64,000 bases of DNA from an uncultured Candidatus Saccharibacteria bacterium (GCA_964637575.1 CAZWVU010000003.1:1586-65585), one strand, 5' to 3'; numbered from the stretch's first letter, positions 37,261 through 48,043 are shown. Numbers and translations are program-made. The notes: a model not told the origin generated them from the sequence alone.

Positions 37261-37594
37261 TCACAAGGTTTCCGGTTACCGCTTTACCGTAGGTGAAGAA
37301 AAATTCGGACCGTGCTGCGGGATCGCAGCCCCGCCTGGGGATTACAGGCCTCGTCTTGCCAGGTTAGGCAGACCCGATTTGCTGGGTAAAACGAACCGGC
37401 CGCGCGGAATCGCGGATCAGGAAGAGATGCGGAAGCATGGAAGCGCAATGGCCGCCGATTGCTTTCCCGCTTGCCCCAGTCCAAGACGTATATTTCCGTA
37501 ATGTGAGGTTATGGAAACGTGCATCGCGAACTGGCAGAGCTGGAAAACAAAACGCGGGCAACGCGCCGACACGCCGAAGTGTCTCTTTTTGTTT
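37261..37594 (+). ncRNA. Candidate structured ncRNA of unknown class
   Basis: Long non-coding region with nested pairings and a terminal hairpin plus T-tract. Confidence 0.4.
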
Positions 37595-37613
37595 GCCAAT
37601 TTTTTAAAAAATC

Positions 37614-37676
37614 GCTCACCCCTTCTTCCTCGCCAGGACGCCGGGCTACAATCCTGGCTGCGGAGAAGGGGTTCGC
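37614..37676 (+). repeat. Hairpin MITE-like repeat, copy B
   Basis: GCTCACCCCTTCTTCCTCGC...GCTGCGGAGAAGGGGTTCGC. Confidence 0.75.
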
Positions 37677-37738
37677 CGAAGACCAAAATTTGCAAACCCT
37701 GCGTTTTATTTTTTAAGGAAAGGGGTAGAATAGAAAGC

Positions 37739-38803
37739 ATGGAGTCTTTGTTGATCGTGATGCTGGTGGCGGTGGTGGCTGGCTTTGCCGTGATTTTTTT
37801 CTTACTAAAAAATCAGCGCAAAGAACAGGCGCCGGATCAGTCGTTGATAATGCTTCAGAATCAGATGAACGACCTCGCGCGGGTGCTTGATTCCAAGCTC
37901 GGTCAGGTGGCGACCGATTCGAAGCACAGCATCAGCCAGGTATTTCAGGCGATGCAGCAGGAGTCGGGGAGGAGCGCTAAGCTGATCAGCGATGTAACCG
38001 AGAAGCTCACCCGCGTCGACGAGGCGGCCCGGCAGACGCTCGCGATGAACGAGCAGATCAAGAAATTGCAGGACACGCTCACCAATCCGAAACAGCGGGG
38101 GATTCTCGGCGAGTATTTTCTGGAAACGGTGTTGAAGAATGTTTTGCCGCCGGGATCCTATCAGATGCAGTACCCGTTCAAGGATTCGGTGATCGTGGAC
38201 GCGGCGGTGTTTGTCGACAAGCGGATCATTCCGATTGACTCCAAGTTCTCGCTCGAAAACTACAACCGGTTTGCCGCGGCGATCGACCCGCTGGATAAGA
38301 AAAAATATGAAGCGGCGTTTATCGGCGATATCAAGATGCGCATCGACGAAACCTCGAAATACGTTAAGCCGCAGGAGGATACGATGGACTTCGCCTTCAT
38401 GTTTATTCCCTCCGAAGCGATCTACTATGATCTCCTTATCAACAAAGTCGGCTCAACGGCGGAAGATAAAAACCTGATCGCCTACGCGTTCCAGAAGAAG
38501 GTAATCGTGGTCTCGCCGACGTCGTTCCTCGCGTATTTACAAACGGTGCTCCAGGGGCTGCGTAATCAGAAAATTTCCGAGCAGGCGAAGGATATCATCA
38601 AACAGGTGGATAATTTGCGGAAACACCTGATCACCTATGAGGATTATTTCGGGAAGATCGGCAAGAATCTTGGCACGACGGTGAGCGCCTACAACCACGC
38701 CTACAAAGAATTCGCCAAAGTGGACAAGGACATTTTGAAGATCGCCGGCGAAGCCATCGGCGCCGAGGTTCAGCAAATCGAAGCCCCAACGCTCGAAGAA
38801 TAA
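37739..38803 (+). CDS. rmuC: DNA recombination protein RmuC
   Basis: KQRGILGE, IPIDSKF, DFAFMFIPSEAIY, VSPT. Confidence 0.93.
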   Translation: MESLLIVMLVAVVAGFAVIFFLLKNQRKEQAPDQSLIMLQNQMNDLARVLDSKLGQVATDSKHSISQVFQAMQQESGRSAKLISDVTEKLTRVDEAARQTLAMNEQIKKLQDTLTNPKQRGILGEYFLETVLKNVLPPGSYQMQYPFKDSVIVDAAVFVDKRIIPIDSKFSLENYNRFAAAIDPLDKKKYEAAFIGDIKMRIDETSKYVKPQEDTMDFAFMFIPSEAIYYDLLINKVGSTAEDKNLIAYAFQKKVIVVSPTSFLAYLQTVLQGLRNQKISEQAKDIIKQVDNLRKHLITYEDYFGKIGKNLGTTVSAYNHAYKEFAKVDKDILKIAGEAIGAEVQQIEAPTLEE

Positions 38804-38806
38804 GGC

Positions 38807-38977
38807 GCTCACCCTCTTCTTCCTCGCTGCGCGCTCCGGTTTGGACACATTATCCCCGCCTCATTTCGGGGATCCCTCCGGAATTCCTCAAGACACCAGT
38901 TCCGGCTTCCCTCTCATGAGCCGAGGTAATGTGTATGCCAACCCTGCGCTCATGCAGCTGCGGAGAAGAGGGTTCGC
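38807..38977 (+). repeat. Hairpin MITE-like repeat, copy C (longer interior)
   Basis: Same termini as copy B with a different, self-complementary interior. Confidence 0.75.
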
Positions 38978-39017
38978 TAGTTTTATCTTTAAAATAAAAA
39001 ATCCCCGAAGGGATTTT

Positions 39018-39206
39018 TTAGTACAGCCACTCGCGGTCGGGCTTCTGGTCCGGTTCGCAATGAAACATGATCACCCACACTATCAGCATGGCCATGCCGG
39101 CCATCGCAGCCACAAACCCAACCTTTTCCGATTTCGGGTAGGGTCCGAGAATTATGCCAGCCATGATCAGAAAAAAACCGCCGAAGAAAACGAGCGCCTT
39201 GCCCAA
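39018..39206 (-). CDS. Small two-TM hypothetical protein
   Basis: AAAGGAGG RBS; two hydrophobic segments. Confidence 0.5.
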   Translation of the reverse strand: MGKALVFFGGFFLIMAGIILGPYPKSEKVGFVAAMAGMAMLIVWVIMFHCEPDQKPDREWLY

Positions 39207-39253
39207 CGGGTCCTCCTTTCAAGAACTGATGTCAGTGTATAAACTAAGGTGGA

Positions 39254-39973
39254 ATGAATCAAGAAGTGATCGCCAAGCGCCAACAACAAGTTTTGCACGA
39301 CAAGAAGTGGATCAAATTTTTACGGCGGACGTGGCTGTTCCGGCATATTCCATTCGTGGAATTCGCGGTGGCGGCGGGATCGCTCGCGACGGGGAATGTT
39401 CACGCGGACTCGGACTTTGATGTGATCATCGGCGCGCGGACGGGGCGGATTTTCACCGCGCGGTTTTTCTGCGTGCTGGCCTTCGGTCTTTTCGGCTGGC
39501 GGCGGAAGCGGCTCCACGGAGCCGACGCCGATACGACGTATAAGTCCAATAAGACCTATAGGTCTTATACTGCTGACAAAGTCTGTCTGAATCATTTTGT
39601 TACCGCGGCGTCATATCGGTTAGCGCCGCCGCACAATGCTTATTGGAAACATCTTTATGGGAATCTCGTGCCGGTGTTCGGCAGCGCCGGAAGGATTAAA
39701 AAATTTTTTGCGGCGAATGAAGATTGGGCAGAAGGGCGGGGATACGAAATCGATCTCCGGCATCTTCACCAGACCGATTCCCGGATAAAAAAAATACGGG
39801 AATTCCTCCTTGGCGGAAGGTTCGGCGACTGGCTGGAGCGGAAGTTGAAGGCAGTGCAGGTGGCGCGGATTGAGAAAAGTTTCCAGAAAGAAGCCGGCTA
39901 CAAACCGCGCATCATTTACCGCGATGACGAGCTGGAGTTCCATCCGGATACGCGGCGCACGGAAGCCAATTGA
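39254..39973 (+). CDS. Nucleotidyltransferase-domain protein
   Basis: GSLATG...DSDFD motif; KVCLNHF. Confidence 0.75.
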   Translation: MNQEVIAKRQQQVLHDKKWIKFLRRTWLFRHIPFVEFAVAAGSLATGNVHADSDFDVIIGARTGRIFTARFFCVLAFGLFGWRRKRLHGADADTTYKSNKTYRSYTADKVCLNHFVTAASYRLAPPHNAYWKHLYGNLVPVFGSAGRIKKFFAANEDWAEGRGYEIDLRHLHQTDSRIKKIREFLLGGRFGDWLERKLKAVQVARIEKSFQKEAGYKPRIIYRDDELEFHPDTRRTEAN

Positions 39974-40470
39974 TTTTTTTGACCGCGCATTCTATCATTG
40001 AGCAAGTTCTTTTACTAAGAGGCCTCATGGACCGAGACGTCGGGCTTCAGCAGGAGGAGAAATGTCTGGAGGCGGTATATGCGCTGCAGTGCCGCGGCTG
40101 GCAATTCAACGGGTTCACGCTGCTGAAAGCAGTCAGAACGTACGGCCATCCACGTCCGGAAATCCGGAGATTTGACGGAAGGAGTAAGGCCGACCTTATT
40201 ATCCTTTTCCGCCATGCGGACTGTGAGTATCCGCTGGTGCTGGTATTGCAGGTGAAGTCCACCCATAAGTCGTTCAGGCGCTTCAAGAACAGTCCCAGCA
40301 AGAAAAATATCAAGTGCATCTGGATCCGGCCGAGCGAACCCCTGAAATTCGTAATGGCGGAACTGAACAGGATTTTTCAGGAAGTTTTCTCGCTGGAAGT
40401 GAAGAAAAACCCTTTCCTGCGCCGCAATCTTTCCAAAAAAACACTCAAAATTCTTTATGAGGGCCCCTAG
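39970..40470 (+). CDS. Hypothetical protein, PD-(D/E)xK nuclease-like
   Basis: E...KADLIIL...LQVKS. Confidence 0.5.
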   Translation: MIFLTAHSIIEQVLLLRGLMDRDVGLQQEEKCLEAVYALQCRGWQFNGFTLLKAVRTYGHPRPEIRRFDGRSKADLIILFRHADCEYPLVLVLQVKSTHKSFRRFKNSPSKKNIKCIWIRPSEPLKFVMAELNRIFQEVFSLEVKKNPFLRRNLSKKTLKILYEGP

Positions 40471-40520
40471 CAAAGGGGCCTTTTTTGTCTTACTATGATG
40501 GCGTTCATTGAGAGGTGAAT

Positions 40521-41438
40521 ATGGATTTGGAACACATCCGCATCAACCGGAGCGCGGTGGAAGCGCGGGCGAAGACGCTCGGCACGCGCCGGACATTCAA
40601 GGTGGAAGCCCAGGCGGCCTGCTATCTGAATATCGTCCGGTGCATCGATCTCACGACGCTGAAAGGCGACGACACGGAAGGCCGCGTGGAGCGGCTCTGC
40701 GCCAAAGCGCTCAATCCCGTGGACCGCGTACTTCTGGGGAAAATGAATCTCGCGACGCTGCCGATCACGGTCGGCGCGGTTTGCGTGTATCCGAATCTGG
40801 TGCCTGCGGCGGCCAATGCGCTCCGCGGCCGGGTTCCGGTGGCGTCGGTCGCGACGGGATTTCCCGCCGGACAGACGCCGTATGCGAGCCGGGAAAAGGA
40901 AATCGAAATGGCGATCGGCTATGGCGCCGCGGAAATTGACATTGTCATTCCGCGCGCCAAAGTGTTCGCCGGCCGCTGGCAGTCATTGTATGAAGAGCTC
41001 ACGCTCCTGCGCGATGCCTGTGGCAAGGCCAGAATGAAAACCATTCTCGGCGTCGGCGATTTGAAAACGCTCGACAATGTCGCGAAGGCGGCGGCGGTCG
41101 CGATCGCGGCGAGCCGCAACGGCGATTTCATCAAAACATCGACGGGGTTTGAGGATACCAACGCGACGCTGGAAACCGGCCTGGTCATGGCGCGCCAGAT
41201 CCGCGAAAGCGGACGGCGCATCGGACTGAAACCGGCGGGTGGGATCAAAACCGCGAAGGACGCGATGCTCTGGTATGCGCTGATGCTCGAAGAGCTCGGC
41301 GAAGACTGGTGCCGGCCGGAGCTGTTCCGGATCGGCGCCTCCAGCGGACAGGAAGGATTGCTCAACGACATCAATCGTCAGCTTTCCCATCTTGTACGCG
41401 GAACGTATTCGGCATTCCATCGTCAGTCAATTGGATAG
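40521..41438 (+). CDS. deoC: Deoxyribose-phosphate aldolase
   Basis: IDLTTLKGDDT, AVCVYP, VATGFPAG, EIDIVI, FIKTSTG, KPAGGI, RIGAS. Confidence 0.95.
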   Translation: MDLEHIRINRSAVEARAKTLGTRRTFKVEAQAACYLNIVRCIDLTTLKGDDTEGRVERLCAKALNPVDRVLLGKMNLATLPITVGAVCVYPNLVPAAANALRGRVPVASVATGFPAGQTPYASREKEIEMAIGYGAAEIDIVIPRAKVFAGRWQSLYEELTLLRDACGKARMKTILGVGDLKTLDNVAKAAAVAIAASRNGDFIKTSTGFEDTNATLETGLVMARQIRESGRRIGLKPAGGIKTAKDAMLWYALMLEELGEDWCRPELFRIGASSGQEGLLNDINRQLSHLVRGTYSAFHRQSIG

Positions 41439-41448
41439 GAGGTGCTGT

Positions 41449-43845
41449 TTGAATACCGGTACAATCAGGGAATTTCTGGACCATCCGGGGTATGGCCCCG
41501 CGCCGGAATCGGACGCGAATGTCCGCGCATGGCTGAAAAAATACGACGGAAAATTCAGCCACTTCATCAACGGAGAATGGATCGCGGCGGATCCGGAAAA
41601 ACGTTTTCCCACGATCTGTCCGGCGACGAAAGAAGTCCTTGCCGAAGTGGCACAGGGCCAGCGCGCCGATGTTGATCTCGCGATGGCAGCCGCCGACACA
41701 GCAGGCGATTCCTGGAAGAAGCTCGGAGGATACGGCCGCGCCCGCTACTTGTACGCGATCGCGCGCTGCCTGCAGAAACACGCCCGGCTGTTCGCGGTGC
41801 TGGAATCGCTCAATAATGGAAAGTCTATCCGCGAAACCCGCGACATTGATATTCCGCTCGCGATCCGGCACTTCTATTACCATGCCGGCTGGGCAACGCG
41901 GCATGAACACGAATTTCCCGACATGCGGGCCGGCGGCGTGGTGGGCCAGGTCATTCCCTGGAACTTCCCGCTGTTGATGCTCGCCTGGAAGATCGCTCCT
42001 GCGATCGCAGTGGGCAACACGGTGGTGCTGAAGCCGGCGGAAACGACGCCGCTCACGGCACTGATGTTTGCCGAAATGCTCAAGGAAGAAGTCGGCCTGC
42101 CGCCCGGCGTGGTGAATATTGTCACCGGCGACGGGACAACAGGCGAATATATCGTGAACCATCCGGTTCCGTGGAAAATCGCTTTTACCGGATCGACGGA
42201 GGTCGGACGGATTATCCGCAAGGCCACTGCCGGAACGGGAAAGCGGTTGACGCTGGAACTCGGCGGCAAGTCGCCGTTTGTGGTGTATGCCGATGCCGAT
42301 CTGGATTCAGCGGTTGAAGGAGTCGTCAACGCGATCTGGTTCAATCAGGGCCAGGTCTGCTGTGCCGGCTCGCGTCTGCTCGTCGAGGAGAGCGTCTCCG
42401 CGCGGTTCATTGAAAAACTCAAGACAAGAATGAAGAAGCTTCGCGCCGGTCATCCGCTCGACAAGGCGATCGACATGGGCGCCATCAATTCCGAAGCGCA
42501 GTTCTGCAAAATCAGGGAGCTCGTCGAGTTGGGAAAACAGGAAGGCGGGGAAGTGTGGCAGCCCGAAAACTGGCTGCCCGATCTTGTCGGCTACTATTTT
42601 CCGCCGACGTTGATCGAACATGTTTCGCAGTCCGGCACGCTGGCCCAGGAAGAAATTTTCGGGCCGGTGCTGGTGTGCATGAGCTTCCGTACTCCCAGAG
42701 AGGCGGTGGAGCTCGCCAACAACACGCGTTACGGTCTCGCGGCGTCCGTGTGGAGCCAGGATATTGATAGGGCGTTTTACACGGCGAAGAAGATCAAGGC
42801 CGGAACGGTCTGGATCAACGGCACGAATCTGTTCGACGCCTCTTCCGGATTCGGCGGCTACCGCGAAAGCGGGTATGGCCGCGAAGGCGGAAGTGAAGGC
42901 GTCCGGGAATATCTGAAGGAGTCAGAAGTCCGGGAATACACCCATCCGGCGGCGTTCTTTATGAAGGATGTGATGCCGGAGGTTCGTGACGCGGAAGTAA
43001 TCGACCGGACGTATCGACTGTACATCGGCGGAAAACTTGTCCGTCCCGATGGTGAGGCGAATTTTCCGGCGCGCGGCTATCGCGGGTGCCTGTTGGGCAG
43101 GCTGCCCGACGCCAACCGCAAGGATGTCCGCAATGCTGTGGAGGCAGCGCGGAACGCGCAGGAGGCGTGGGCGGATCAGACCGCCGACCTTCGCGCGAAA
43201 ATTCTTTACTTTCTCGCGGAAAATCTTCAGGCGCAGAAACAGCGTTTTGGCGGATATGTGGCATTGGAATCGCACGGTTCCGAGAAGGCGGGTCTCGCCG
43301 AAGTGGAGATCTGCTGTTCCCGGCTGTTTGATTACGCGGCGCTCTGCGACAAGTTTGAGGGACGGGTCCATTCGGTTCCGGACCGGGCACTCGTTGCGGC
43401 ATTGAAAGAGCCGATCGGCGTGATCGGAATCCGCGGAGCCGACGAATACCCACTGCTGGGGATGATCGGCGCAATCGCTCCCGCAATCGCAATGGGCAAC
43501 ACGGTGGTCTATATCGCCGGCAAATATTCCTATACGGCAATGGAATGCATCCAGGTTCTCCAGAACTCGGACATCCCGGCCGGCGTGGTGAATATTGTGT
43601 CGGCGCACAAGCCCGAGGCGCTCGCGAAGGTGCTCGCGGAACACGAAGACGTGGACGCAATGTGGTATTTCGGTGATGCGGCCGGCAGTACCATGGCGGA
43701 AGCACTGTCCGTCAGCAACATGAAGCGGGTGTGGACATCCTATGGCGCACCGCTGGATTGGCTGAACGGAGGCAACTCCGCGGTGCTCAAGTTCCTCTAT
43801 GAAGCGACGCAAGTGAAAAACATCTGGTCCCCCTACGGAGTGTAG
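41449..43845 (+). CDS. Two-domain aldehyde dehydrogenase (ALDH16-like)
   Basis: IPWNFP, LELGGKSP, NQGQVCCAG, EEIFGP, then a second truncated ALDH domain; AGGAGG RBS with TTG start. Confidence 0.92.
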   Translation: MNTGTIREFLDHPGYGPAPESDANVRAWLKKYDGKFSHFINGEWIAADPEKRFPTICPATKEVLAEVAQGQRADVDLAMAAADTAGDSWKKLGGYGRARYLYAIARCLQKHARLFAVLESLNNGKSIRETRDIDIPLAIRHFYYHAGWATRHEHEFPDMRAGGVVGQVIPWNFPLLMLAWKIAPAIAVGNTVVLKPAETTPLTALMFAEMLKEEVGLPPGVVNIVTGDGTTGEYIVNHPVPWKIAFTGSTEVGRIIRKATAGTGKRLTLELGGKSPFVVYADADLDSAVEGVVNAIWFNQGQVCCAGSRLLVEESVSARFIEKLKTRMKKLRAGHPLDKAIDMGAINSEAQFCKIRELVELGKQEGGEVWQPENWLPDLVGYYFPPTLIEHVSQSGTLAQEEIFGPVLVCMSFRTPREAVELANNTRYGLAASVWSQDIDRAFYTAKKIKAGTVWINGTNLFDASSGFGGYRESGYGREGGSEGVREYLKESEVREYTHPAAFFMKDVMPEVRDAEVIDRTYRLYIGGKLVRPDGEANFPARGYRGCLLGRLPDANRKDVRNAVEAARNAQEAWADQTADLRAKILYFLAENLQAQKQRFGGYVALESHGSEKAGLAEVEICCSRLFDYAALCDKFEGRVHSVPDRALVAALKEPIGVIGIRGADEYPLLGMIGAIAPAIAMGNTVVYIAGKYSYTAMECIQVLQNSDIPAGVVNIVSAHKPEALAKVLAEHEDVDAMWYFGDAAGSTMAEALSVSNMKRVWTSYGAPLDWLNGGNSAVLKFLYEATQVKNIWSPYGV

Positions 43846-43919
43846 GGGGATTTTTTTATCCATTTGACAACGAATAGTAAATTTTGTTTAATTTTCATCA
43901 GTACGTTTGAGAGGGTTTT

Positions 43920-44213
43920 ATGAGCTCGAAGAGCCGCATCGCAATCAGGGGTCAGGGGTTGGAAGATCCGGAGCTGGAAGTGGACGCGACGGTCTTCCAT
44001 GGAAGGGTCTGCATTTCGTTCAAGCAGGATGGCAGCAGCCGCCAGCGGAAACTGGCCGATGAACTGCGGCGGACGCTCCACGAGGAACGGGATCCGTCCA
44101 TCGTCCAGAGCGACAAATGCTCCACCATGAACACCCGCTTCCCGACGATTTCCGAAATGCTGGAGTTCCTCAGGAACATCGGTTACAAATGCCGCGAATT
44201 TGCGGCCCGTTGA
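43920..44213 (+). CDS. Hypothetical protein
   Basis: GAGG RBS; fills the intergenic gap after a TTGACA promoter-like site. Confidence 0.45.
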   Translation: MSSKSRIAIRGQGLEDPELEVDATVFHGRVCISFKQDGSSRQRKLADELRRTLHEERDPSIVQSDKCSTMNTRFPTISEMLEFLRNIGYKCREFAAR

Positions 44214-44237
44214 CAACGGGCCGTTTTTTTATATAAT
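44210..44237 (+). promoter_or_regulatory. Putative sigma70 promoter for nusA
   Basis: TTGACA-16 nt-TATAAT. Confidence 0.65.
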
Positions 44238-44311
44238 GAAATTATTCATGGATGGTCGCTCGCGGAGCGGCCATTCTTTATAAATAAAAGGTTTACCAAA
44301 TTAATTACAAA

Positions 44312-45508
44312 ATGTTTGATTTAAAAACACTGAAAAAGGCGATCGACCAGATTGCCGAAGAGAAGGGAATTGACGCCGGAAAAATCCTGGAAGCAATCGA
44401 GTCTTCCATCGCCGCGGCGTATAAACGGGAATACGGGCAGAGGGGCGAGATGGTGAAGTGCAAATTCGATCTGAAGACCGGCGCCTTGAAATTCTGGCAG
44501 GTAAAAACCGTCGTCGATGAAACTACTGTCCGGATCGTCGAGGAAGGCACGGAAGAGGCGCAGCAGCCGATCCCGGAAAGCAAGCCGGTGGAATTAACAC
44601 CGGAGGGCGAACCGGTGATTCCGCGCTATAACCCCGACCGGCACATGTTTCTGGACGAAGCCAAAAAGGTGAAGGAAGGCGTGAAGCTCGGCGACGAGCT
44701 GGAATTTCCCCTGGAAACGAAGGAAGATTTCGGCCGCATTGCCGCCCAGACCGCGAAGCAGGTCATTCTTCAGCGGCTTCGCGAGGCGGAGCGCGATTCC
44801 GTGCTCGGCGAATTCAAAAACAAGGAAGGCGAGATCGTCAGCGGCATCATCCAGCGTTTTGACCGCGGCAATGTGTATATTGATCTGGGCCGCACGACCG
44901 GCGTGATGTTCTACAATGAAACGATTCCAGGCGAGCACTATCGTGCCGGTGAACGCATGCGTTTTTACGTGGTGGCGGTGCAGTCCGACGCCAAGATGCC
45001 GGGCATTGTCCTCTCCCGCGCCCATCCCCGTTTCGTCAGCAAGTTGTTTGCGATGGAAGTACCGGAAATAAACGACGGCGTGATTGAGGTGAAGTTCATC
45101 GCCCGCGAGCCGGGTAGTCGCACCAAGATCGCGGTGATGTCCAAAGTGGACGGCGTGGATCCGGTGGGATCCTGCGTGGGCCAGCGCGGCACGCGCGTGA
45201 TGGCGGTGTCCAACGAACTTGGCCAGGAAAAACTGGATATTGTAGAATATTCTGAAGACCCGGCGAAATTCATTACGAGCGCTATTTCTCCCGCGAGAGT
45301 GGAGCGTGTGGAAATTTTGCCCCGCCGCGAAGCCCGCGTCTACATTCCGGAGGACCAGTTAAGCTTGGCGATCGGCAAGGGCGGCCAGAACGTCCGTCTC
45401 GCCGCGAAGCTTACGGGCTGGAAGATTGACGTCCGTTCCGCCGCGAAACCGGAGGAAGCCCAGGAAGGCGGCATTGCGGAAGCCGCTGAAGAAAAATCCC
45501 CAGAATAA
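44312..45508 (+). CDS. nusA: Transcription factor NusA
   Basis: FGRIAAQTAKQV, AREPGSRTK, DPVGSCVG, LAIGKGGQN. Confidence 0.97.
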   Translation: MFDLKTLKKAIDQIAEEKGIDAGKILEAIESSIAAAYKREYGQRGEMVKCKFDLKTGALKFWQVKTVVDETTVRIVEEGTEEAQQPIPESKPVELTPEGEPVIPRYNPDRHMFLDEAKKVKEGVKLGDELEFPLETKEDFGRIAAQTAKQVILQRLREAERDSVLGEFKNKEGEIVSGIIQRFDRGNVYIDLGRTTGVMFYNETIPGEHYRAGERMRFYVVAVQSDAKMPGIVLSRAHPRFVSKLFAMEVPEINDGVIEVKFIAREPGSRTKIAVMSKVDGVDPVGSCVGQRGTRVMAVSNELGQEKLDIVEYSEDPAKFITSAISPARVERVEILPRREARVYIPEDQLSLAIGKGGQNVRLAAKLTGWKIDVRSAAKPEEAQEGGIAEAAEEKSPE

Positions 45509-45608
45509 TTTTAAATTACAAATTTTAATTGAATTTTTAATGACTTAATGTTTTAAACATTGAATCATTGATTCAAAATTGAAAATTTCAAATTTAAAAT
45601 TTACAATC
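45506..45608. repeat. AT-rich degenerate heptamer array (intergenic)
   Basis: ...AAATTGA AAATTTC AAATTTA AAATTTA... Confidence 0.65.
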
Positions 45609-45614
45609 AATACT

Positions 45615-47582
45615 ATGAATATTTATTACTTGATCTTCACTCCAGTCGCAGTCGCCATCGGCTACAGTGTCTATATTATGCTCTGGCTGAAGAAACAGCC
45701 GGCGGGAAATGACAAAATGAAGGAAATTTCCCACGCCATCCAGCTCGGTTCTTCCGCATATCTGAACCGGCAGTACAAAACGGTGGCGTATGTCGGCGTT
45801 CCTTTGCTGGTGTTGTTATATCTGGCACTCGGGTGGCTGATGGCGCTCGGATTTTTAGTGGGTGCCTTGGCTTCGGCGCTGGCCGGATACATCGGCATGA
45901 ACGTGGCGGTCCGCTCCAATTCCAAAACTGCCGCCGCGGCTTCCCAGGGAATGGACGCCTCTCTGTCCCTCGCGTTTAAAGCCGGATCGGTTACCGGATT
46001 CCTGGTGGTGGCCCTCGGTCTGCTCGCGGTCGCCGGATTCTATTTCGCGACCGGCAGCGTCCGGTCGCTCATCGGCCTCGGTTTCGGCGCCAGTCTGATT
46101 TCCATCTTCGCCCGTCTCGGCGGCGGTATTTTCACGAAAGCCGCGGATGTCGGCACTGACCTTGTCGGCAAAGTGGAGGCCGGTATTCCGGAAGATGACC
46201 CGCGCAATCCGGGCGTGATCGCCGACAACGTGGGCGATAACGTCGGCGACTGCGCCGGCATGGCCGCCGATCTTTTTGAAACCTATGCCGTGACGCTTAC
46301 CGCGGCGATGCTGCTCGGCGCCTCATTCTTGAAGGGAGCCCAACTCGCCTTTCCGCTCGTGCTCGGTGCGCTCGCGATCATCGCGTCCATTGTCGGGGGA
46401 TGGTTTGCGAAGCTCGGAAAAAATAAAATGGCGATCATGGGCGCTCTGTACAAGGCGCTGGCGGTGGCTTTGGTGGTGTCCGCCGGGCTTTTCTACTGGG
46501 CATCCGCGCACTATTTCCCGGAGAACACGATGGCAGTATTCCTGACGACGCTCATCGGCCTTGTGGTAACTGTGCTCATGGTGCTTGTTACTGATTATTA
46601 TACGGCGAAAAAATTCCGCCCGGTGAAGCTGATTGCTGAAGCCTCCCGCTCCGGCCACGGCACCAATATTATTATGGGTCTTGCCATCGGCATGGAATCC
46701 ACGGCGCTTCCGATCCTGGTGATCGTTGCCGGCATGCTCGGCGCCTACGCGCTGCTCGGCGTGTATGGCATCGCGCTCGCCGCGACCGCCATGCTTTCTG
46801 TCGCAGGTATTGTGGTGGCGATTGATTCCTTCGGCCCGATTACCGACAACGCCGGCGGCATTGCCGAAATGAGCGGCGCTCCGAAGGAAGTCAGGGAAAT
46901 TACCGACGCGCTGGACGCGGTGGGCAACACTACGAAAGCGGTGACCAAGGGATACGCGATCGCGTCCGCCGGACTGGCCGCGGTGGTGCTGTTTGCCGGC
47001 TACGTGGAAGGATTCAATAATTTCGGACGACTCGTGCTCTTTGAGCTGCAGAATCCGTATGTAGTGGCCGGTTTGTTTATAGGCGCGATGATCCCGTTTC
47101 TTTTCAGCTCGATGGCGATGCGCGCCGTCGGTGAGGCCGCGGCCGCGGTAGTGGAGGAGATCCGCCGCCAGTTCCGCGAGATTAAGGGGATTATGGAAGG
47201 AACTGCTAAGCCGGACTACAGCCGCGCGGTGGATATCGTGACGAAGTCCGCTTTGAGCAAAATGATCGTGCCGGCGATTCTGCCGATTGCCGCGGTACTC
47301 TTGACGGGATTTATTCTCGGGCCGGAAGCGCTCGGCGGCCTGCTGGTGGGAACAATTGTGACGGGAATTTTCCTCGGCATTTCGATGACGACCGGCGGCG
47401 CGGCCTGGGACAATGCGAAGAAATATATTGAAGCCGCGGGAGCCAAGGGCACTGACTGGCACAAAGCGGCGGTCACCGGCGACACCGTCGGCGATCCTTA
47501 CAAAGATACCGCCGGTCCGGCGATCAATCCGTTGATCAAAGTCATCAACATCGTGGCCCTCCTGATCGTCTCGCTGCTGTAG
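45615..47582 (+). CDS. hppA: Membrane pyrophosphatase, K+-independent H+-PPase signature
   Basis: [35 protein letters not shown]. Confidence 0.95.
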   Translation: MNIYYLIFTPVAVAIGYSVYIMLWLKKQPAGNDKMKEISHAIQLGSSAYLNRQYKTVAYVGVPLLVLLYLALGWLMALGFLVGALASALAGYIGMNVAVRSNSKTAAAASQGMDASLSLAFKAGSVTGFLVVALGLLAVAGFYFATGSVRSLIGLGFGASLISIFARLGGGIFTKAADVGTDLVGKVEAGIPEDDPRNPGVIADNVGDNVGDCAGMAADLFETYAVTLTAAMLLGASFLKGAQLAFPLVLGALAIIASIVGGWFAKLGKNKMAIMGALYKALAVALVVSAGLFYWASAHYFPENTMAVFLTTLIGLVVTVLMVLVTDYYTAKKFRPVKLIAEASRSGHGTNIIMGLAIGMESTALPILVIVAGMLGAYALLGVYGIALAATAMLSVAGIVVAIDSFGPITDNAGGIAEMSGAPKEVREITDALDAVGNTTKAVTKGYAIASAGLAAVVLFAGYVEGFNNFGRLVLFELQNPYVVAGLFIGAMIPFLFSSMAMRAVGEAAAAVVEEIRRQFREIKGIMEGTAKPDYSRAVDIVTKSALSKMIVPAILPIAAVLLTGFILGPEALGGLLVGTIVTGIFLGISMTTGGAAWDNAKKYIEAAGAKGTDWHKAAVTGDTVGDPYKDTAGPAINPLIKVINIVALLIVSLL

Positions 47583-47659
47583 ATTGTTGACAAATCATTA
47601 GAATTTAATTATAGTGTACCTGTTCTTTTGATTGGAGCGTACGCTCGGAAGGAGGAATC

Positions 47660-48043
47660 GTGGGCTCTTTCAAGAAGTGGCTGCTTCTGGTGGGCGTGGT
47701 GGTTCTGGCCGCGGGTTGCGCGCCGTATGGACCCTGGCCGTTCTCGACGGAGGCGCAGCGGCGCGAGCTTCTCATCTATCCCGGCATGACGGTGAAGGAG
47801 GTTCAGGACTGGAAGGGGCATTCCCTCAAGGAGTCGCACCTCAACCCCGCGTCCGGCGCGAGTTTCCAGGCACAATTGCCGGATGATTACACCGGAGTCG
47901 GCTACTGGGGCATCCACCTTTCGCACTGTCTGGAGATTGTGCGGTTCGAGAAGGGCGTGGCGGTGGAGATCAGGTACGGCCGTAACGAATGGGCCGATCT
48001 CGAGTGGAATGACCACATCGCCGAGTTCAACGCCAAGCACTAG
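47660..48043 (+). CDS. Putative lipoprotein
   Basis: GGAGG RBS; lipobox LAAGC. Confidence 0.6.
   Translation: MGSFKKWLLLVGVVVLAAGCAPYGPWPFSTEAQRRELLIYPGMTVKEVQDWKGHSLKESHLNPASGASFQAQLPDDYTGVGYWGIHLSHCLEIVRFEKGVAVEIRYGRNEWADLEWNDHIAEFNAKH

Noticed and set aside
37261-37594. RNase P RNA or SRP RNA
   Set aside because: GAGGAAAGTCC and the SRP domain IV motif were not found on either strand
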